Source: Macrostomum lignano (Eukaryota). Taken from it: a DNA stretch of 64,000 bases. Position 1 is the first letter of the stretch; every line of letters begins with the position of its first letter. The translations under genes were made by a program, and so were the position numbers. Below are positions 59,050 to 64,000 of the stretch, piece by piece. The notes below the pieces were generated by a model, which saw only the letters and a program-made list of their open reading frames with translations, was not told where the DNA came from and ran no database searches. The stretch covers positions 1 to 64,000 of the forward strand of contig NIVC01000210.1 in NCBI GenBank assembly GCA_002269645.1. Direction: 5' to 3'.

Positions 59050-60545
59050 GTCATAAATCATTTTGTTGCGATTTTTATTGATTTATGGCCGCATCTGTCA
59101 TATATTTACGACCCCGAGGGAACTGATAGGATCTCTTGGTCACGTGACTTTGGGTGGCAGCAAGCTCAGCCGATCAGAAAATTCGACGTGCGTTGTAACA
59201 AATCGGCTCAGCCAATCAGAATCGAGGTGTTCCATTATAACAAATTGCGGTCCAGTTGGTGGCTATTTAAACCGGCGTTTTTGGACGGCGCGGACCTCAA
59301 CTGGCTCGGAACTTCCTGCTACTTGCTCGGGCCCAGTACACGACCGTCGTTTCTTGATCCCCGGATTGCGACTTCCCCCATCATCATCAAGGATGAGTCC
59401 CCCTGGTCGTCAGCAGTAAACATCAAAGTTAAGAGCATCACCTGCTAGCTATCAGCGAAGATTGGGACATCAGCATCATCCCGGGTCTACAGCTGCGAAG
59501 CACTAAGCCGATTCGGTCGCTGTGGATTTCCTGGTCTCCGCCTGTTGAGTTTCTGATTGGTTGGGTGAGAGGCTACCTAGACTTGCTTGATTGGGTGATT
59601 CCTCATCTGTCCCCTGTTTCAGTAGCTGGATTAGGCGCACACTTTTGCTCATTTTGTTCAGTAGTGCTGTTACTGAGGCAGAAATCATTCAATAATACTG
59701 ATAGTAGTCTGAAACTCCAATTCAATCTGAAGTGTGAGGAGATCTAAGGAGAAGGTTAGATCTAACAGTAATTTTTATCGGTTTTATTTCTTTGTTCGCC
59801 GATGGCTCAGATGAGTAGCTAAGCTAGTAGGCGCCGGTCACAGTGGACCAATGGCAAGGCAGTTCTCAATCGATCAATCTATCAAATCAGTTAGCGAAAC
59901 TGCCAGTAGTGCAGAATCGGCGCCAGAGATGTACTTTGTGCACTCTAGGTTCGCCAAGCGGCTCGGGTAATGAATCATGCGGTCTCCGAGGTTCGAGTTA
60001 GCCTATCATCAGCACTAGGAGAGGCTGGTTGGCGCGTTGAAGGCCAAAAGTACAATTCTTCGTATTTAGCAATGTAATAGTACATGTAGCTACCCCATAG
60101 TCTCGCCACTGCAAGAATCCCCTGCACAAGTCCCCTCTGTACCTGCATGGCCAATGCGATCAAGTCCCAGCAGTGTCTCTTAACATCGGCTATGACTTCG
60201 AGATTGACAGCAAAAAGACACTAGTTGGCAGGCAAGTGCAAAGCCCCTTCTAGTCGGAAGCCCGATTTCGAGAGTCCCGGTGTGGTGAGCCAGGACGTAC
60301 GGGCTGGTGGCAGCGAGTTAGTTGATCTGCGGATTAGCTAATTTCTACTTTCAAAATTCTCCCTGCTCGTCTCTCGCTGTCCCTCTCTTAGCTATAGGAC
60401 CTAGACTGCTCGCCACACGATCAAGCTACCATGGGGCTGACCATCTGACAGGAGTGGGGGGGGCAGGACTCTAATTGATTTATTTCTGAGACCTGAGGCC
60501 CAAAGGCTTCCCCACAAGGGAGCTGAAAGGCCGAAACCCATCCTA
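59050..60545 (+). repeat. Long promoter-bearing repeat, copy B (inverted relative to copy A)
   Basis: Shared blocks such as CACTCCTGTCAGATGGTCAGCCCCATGGTAGCT and GTAGAAATTAGCTAATCCGCAGAT in opposite orientation. Confidence 0.75.
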
Positions 60546-61860
60546 TATACTAAAAATGATCACAGCTAAAAATGTCCAAAAACGATTTTATCGAAATGAT
60601 TAAACCTAATTGTCGGTTAAAACCTAATTGTTCAAGTGAAACAGTGCTGTACACGAGTTCATGGGCATGAAACTTTAACTTAACTTCTGCTAGTGTAATA
60701 ATCTAGGGATTTCAGATATGGACTTATCAGGGACTTAGAATAATACGAGAATAAGGGTTTATGTTAAAAAGTATCTAGACAAAAATTTCAAAATAATTAT
60801 TGAACTCATAACTCGCTATCGTCGTTAACTTTTCTTAGCTCAAGTGTCCCTTTTCGGGGTATCAATGAATGAAATTTCGTACCACTTTAAAGCTCACTTT
60901 CAGGGAGGTTATTGACATAGATTTGATTTTGCGGGATTTAATCGATCACTTTCCCGGATATATTGCAAGGATTATTGTATGTATCTAAATAAGCGAGCTT
61001 CTCTCTTCTCTTCCATCGTGACTCGAAAAATTTCTTAATGAAATTTTGTCTATGGTAAGAATGTGGGGGCTTCGCCCCCACACCCCCAGCAGGGGCTTCG
61101 CCCCCACACCCCAATCCCCAACTTCAACCATAGACATACAAGTATGGCTCCGGGATTTATCTGAATACATCCCGCAAAATTAAAGTAGTTTAAATAAGAT
61201 ATTCTATGGATTTTTCGGTCGGTATTTCACTTAAATCCCGAGAGCCGATACAAATCCCTCGGGCCTCAGGCCCTCGTGATTTATACAAATAACTCCCTCA
61301 AAAGGCATGTTTAATCTGATACTTAAACCCCAAAAGACTAACGCAGAATAAAAGCAAGTGGCACAAAAGACCGGCAGACGCGGCCCAGAAAGGGAAAACG
61401 AACCCCTTAAGCGACGAAATATATTGATTTGGTAATTTAAAAGAGAAAAAATTTTTTTGCCAAATTACGCCGACTCAGCGGCCGCGACGCGTGACTAAAT
61501 AGCACAGAGGCGGAGGGGGAGGCTGCCCTAAGCCCTGCACGCACGCAGAACACCAGCGCCCCACCAACCCACCAAAGCGAGGCCAGGCCGGCGCGGGGGG
61601 TTTAAAACCAGTTAGAGTCAGATACCTGCCTCAAACTGACGTATTATACTTTTATAGGATAATTATGATTTAGTTTTCTTCTACGCTTTCGTACTTTTAT
61701 AATTTCGTAACAGTAACGCAACAATTTTCGGCTTTTTATTTCAGTTCATTCAATCAGACGACGTTTTACTTTTTCCAAGCTACTGATTATACCTTGTATT
61801 TTTGGACCATGGACACTAGCATCCGATTGGCAGCGGTAAACACGGGATCTCCGATAATGT

Positions 61861-62106
61861 TTACCTCCTCACAGCGTCCGCCATCTGTCTTTCAGAGGAC
61901 TTCGGGATTCCTTCTCGTTCAATTTCTTTAAGTTCCTCGAGCGCATCTTCGCTTAGGTCCTGAATCTCTTCAGCGTCTAGTTGTCGAGCGAACTCGCCAC
62001 TCAATTCTTCCAAATAGCGGGTTGCTGACTCTGACGACACCCAATGCAACTTCTCTGTTGACAGACCACTGATAAGTTGGTCGGGAAGATTCGCATAGTT
62101 CAACAT
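61861..62106 (-). CDS. Orphan exon-like ORF, possibly the N-terminus of a Crypton/tyrosine-recombinase-type protein
   Basis: ELKEIEREGIPKSSERQMADAVRR followed by AG/GTAAAC donor; N-terminus similar to ORF 12460. Confidence 0.35.
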   Translation of the reverse strand: MLNYANLPDQLISGLSTEKLHWVSSESATRYLEELSGEFARQLDAEEIQDLSEDALEELKEIEREGIPKSSERQMADAVRR

Positions 62107-62772
62107 TCTTAGTCAGTAGTTGATTCGACAGACAGAACTTTCTAGAATCGTTGCTTCAAAACGCGGCTCCATAGCCCCGTCCTCTCGATTAATCCGAGTG
62201 TTAGTCTATGGCACAAAGATTTGCCTATCCACCGAAAAAAAGCCTTCGACCATGGACTTTCTCAACTTTCTGCCTATCTCTAACATAGTGCCCGCAAATT
62301 TCCACATTGTTACCCGCAAATTTCTTGCATTGATTAAGTTAGTGACAATCTTATTGACATAGAATTTTGCTAGTTGTCAATGCGGAATTCTATGTTAATG
62401 TTATATTGTTGCGATGCATGCATCATTCGGGGCTCAAGAATGATCATACAAGAAAAAGATATTATATGTTTTATGCTTTTAAAAAGCTCATTAAAACAAA
62501 TTTTAAAAAGCATCTTGTTCATGCTCTATAGAAGTTAAAAATTCCTACTATATTATCAGGTTGAAATGTTGCATAATCATCATATTGGCATATAATTTAA
62601 TCGAACTATATTTTAAGCACGGCCGTGCTGATGCAAATTTCACACTGCAGGTAAAAATAGTTAAATATTTTCTTTCAAGTATTCGCTGGCTGCATTCGAA
62701 ATGGCAGTTGTCATATATATCGAAGTTTCATTAGTTCGCATTGCTTTTGGCTTGTCTCTCAAGTCTCCATAG

Positions 62773-63315
62773 TCAGGGTACAAAGCGACGCAGAATCTGC
62801 CTGAACGGCTCCTCAGGATGGCCTCTACCAGCGGCCGAGAACCTCCCAGTCGGTCGAAGGACGCCGCTAGGCGTGAGTATCGTCGAGTCGCCGTGCACCG
62901 CCTCTAGAAACGGTCGCTCCATCTCGTGTCCCAACTCTGTCGCTTTTAGATCGAATTCCTGACCGGATTTTACCGGCGGAGACACCTTCGGCGTCTTAGT
63001 CAACGAATTCAAGTTGTGAAGTCCTCGACGATTAAGTCTGTTGAAGGCGACGCTGGCCACTTTTAAGTCGCCAGTGTCCAGAGCTTCGCGCAACTCGACA
63101 GCATCGGCAGCCGCGGAAGTTGACAGGGCAGCTCCGCGCGAGGAATCCGCCATCTCGGCGGCCATAGCGGAGAGCGCATCAAATCGCTGCCGCTGATGCT
63201 CCAGGGCATCGCGACAGTCGGCAAAGAGGCGACTCCACTGCTGCAGAGCCGACTGGCGCTGCTTGGCTGACTGGTTTGCCGACTCTGCCGCTCTAATTAA
63301 AGTGCTGGACTCCTC
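62773..63315 (-). CDS. TRIM-like copy 7, coiled-coil exon (RING exon presumably beyond the window)
   Basis: Acceptor TTTTCTTTCAG then phase-0 EESSTLIRAAES...SALQQW...ELREAL, which aligns with TECENLLESVE...ATLQPW...GLRASI of copy 6. Confidence 0.6.
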   Translation of the reverse strand, partial: EESSTLIRAAESANQSAKQRQSALQQWSRLFADCRDALEHQRQRFDALSAMAAEMADSSRGAALSTSAAADAVELREALDTGDLKVASVAFNRLNRRGLHNLNSLTKTPKVSPPVKSGQEFDLKATELGHEMERPFLEAVHGDSTILTPSGVLRPTGRFSAAGRGHPEEPFRQILRRFVP

Positions 63316-63395
63316 CTGAAAGAAAATTTGACAAGTTGACATGTAGAACATGAACACTAATTGCAGCAATATCCGTTGTAAACCGTTGCTTTGTT

Positions 63396-63755
63396 AAAAT
63401 TTGAGCGAAAAATGTTAGTTTTAGTTTTAGAACTTTAGTTTTATGTAATAATAATTAATTACCTCGTTCACCTGCCCAAATAGGCAGATGTGCAACCGAC
63501 AGCTCAGCCGCAGCTATTGCGCGGCGCATCTGAAGGCTGCGTACGGCTGTTCAGTCCAAGGACTGGGGAGGGGGGGGTCGCCACACGCACCCTCAATTAC
63601 CCCAGCTAATGCTGGCACCCATTTTACAGCTGGGTGAACTGAAGCAATGCAGAGTTAAGTGCCTTGCTCAACGACACAAATTGTTCCGAGTGGGTTGAGA
63701 ATCGAATCGAGGATCGACCTTTCAGTCGTGAGTTTCGACGCTGTAACCATTAGGC
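63396..63755 (-). mobile_element. tRNA-derived CORE-like SINE
   Basis: Minus strand: A box TAGCCTAATGG, B-box-like GATTCGATTC, CORE-like GAGCAAGGCACTTAACTCT...CTGTAAAATGGG. Confidence 0.85.
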
Positions 63756-64000
63756 TACAACCCCTTTGTTGCAGTTTATTAATATTTGTTGTTACTTTGG
63801 TAAAACAATAGGAATCGGAAATCCTATTATAGTTTAGAATTTATAGCTTTGCATACGAGTATAAGTAGCAAACTACGAGCATAAGGTATAAATACGGTAT
63901 TCCACCCAAATAATTTTTATTGTCAAAGCTGTCAATCAGTTATAATTGTGTTCCCCGTGTAAAGTCAACAGATCATCAAGTACTCGTAAAAAATATATGT

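Overview
Eukaryotic (invertebrate animal) genomic DNA with GT-AG introns, SINEs and satellites. A free-living flatworm such as Macrostomum is a low-confidence guess. (1) 1-10662 is the right part of an AT-rich Polinton/Maverick (adintovirus-like) element. It carries an adenain-like protease, a modular fibre-like protein (YTKTEVD repeats + discoidin-like + L-type lectin domains), small ORFs, a protein-primed PolB, a gene with two adenovirus pX-like motifs and an amphipathic-helix gene. Its ORFs are broken mostly by 1-bp losses in short base runs, which may be consensus errors. The element ends in ACTACT at 10662, inside exon 3 of a host RING/B-box/coiled-coil (TRIM-like) gene. (2) 13641-16676 is a complete 3.0-kb non-autonomous mini-Polinton (AGT...ACT ends, 6-bp TSD CAAGTC) with a tandem PC4 gene, an integrase-chromodomain gene and a truncated minor-capsid gene, about 470 bp upstream of the same host gene. 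(3) Seven TRIM-like paralogs (intact, truncated and pseudogenised; one with a C2-like tail) are spread across the window. (4) Also present: three intronless secreted-protein paralogs, one class-A GPCR, a solo LTR, a Ty3/Gypsy pol relic, CORE-like SINEs, LINE tails, two 9-bp arrays, one 16-bp array and a head-to-head pair of ~1.5-kb promoter-bearing repeats. All family assignments come from motifs recognised by eye; no database searches were run.
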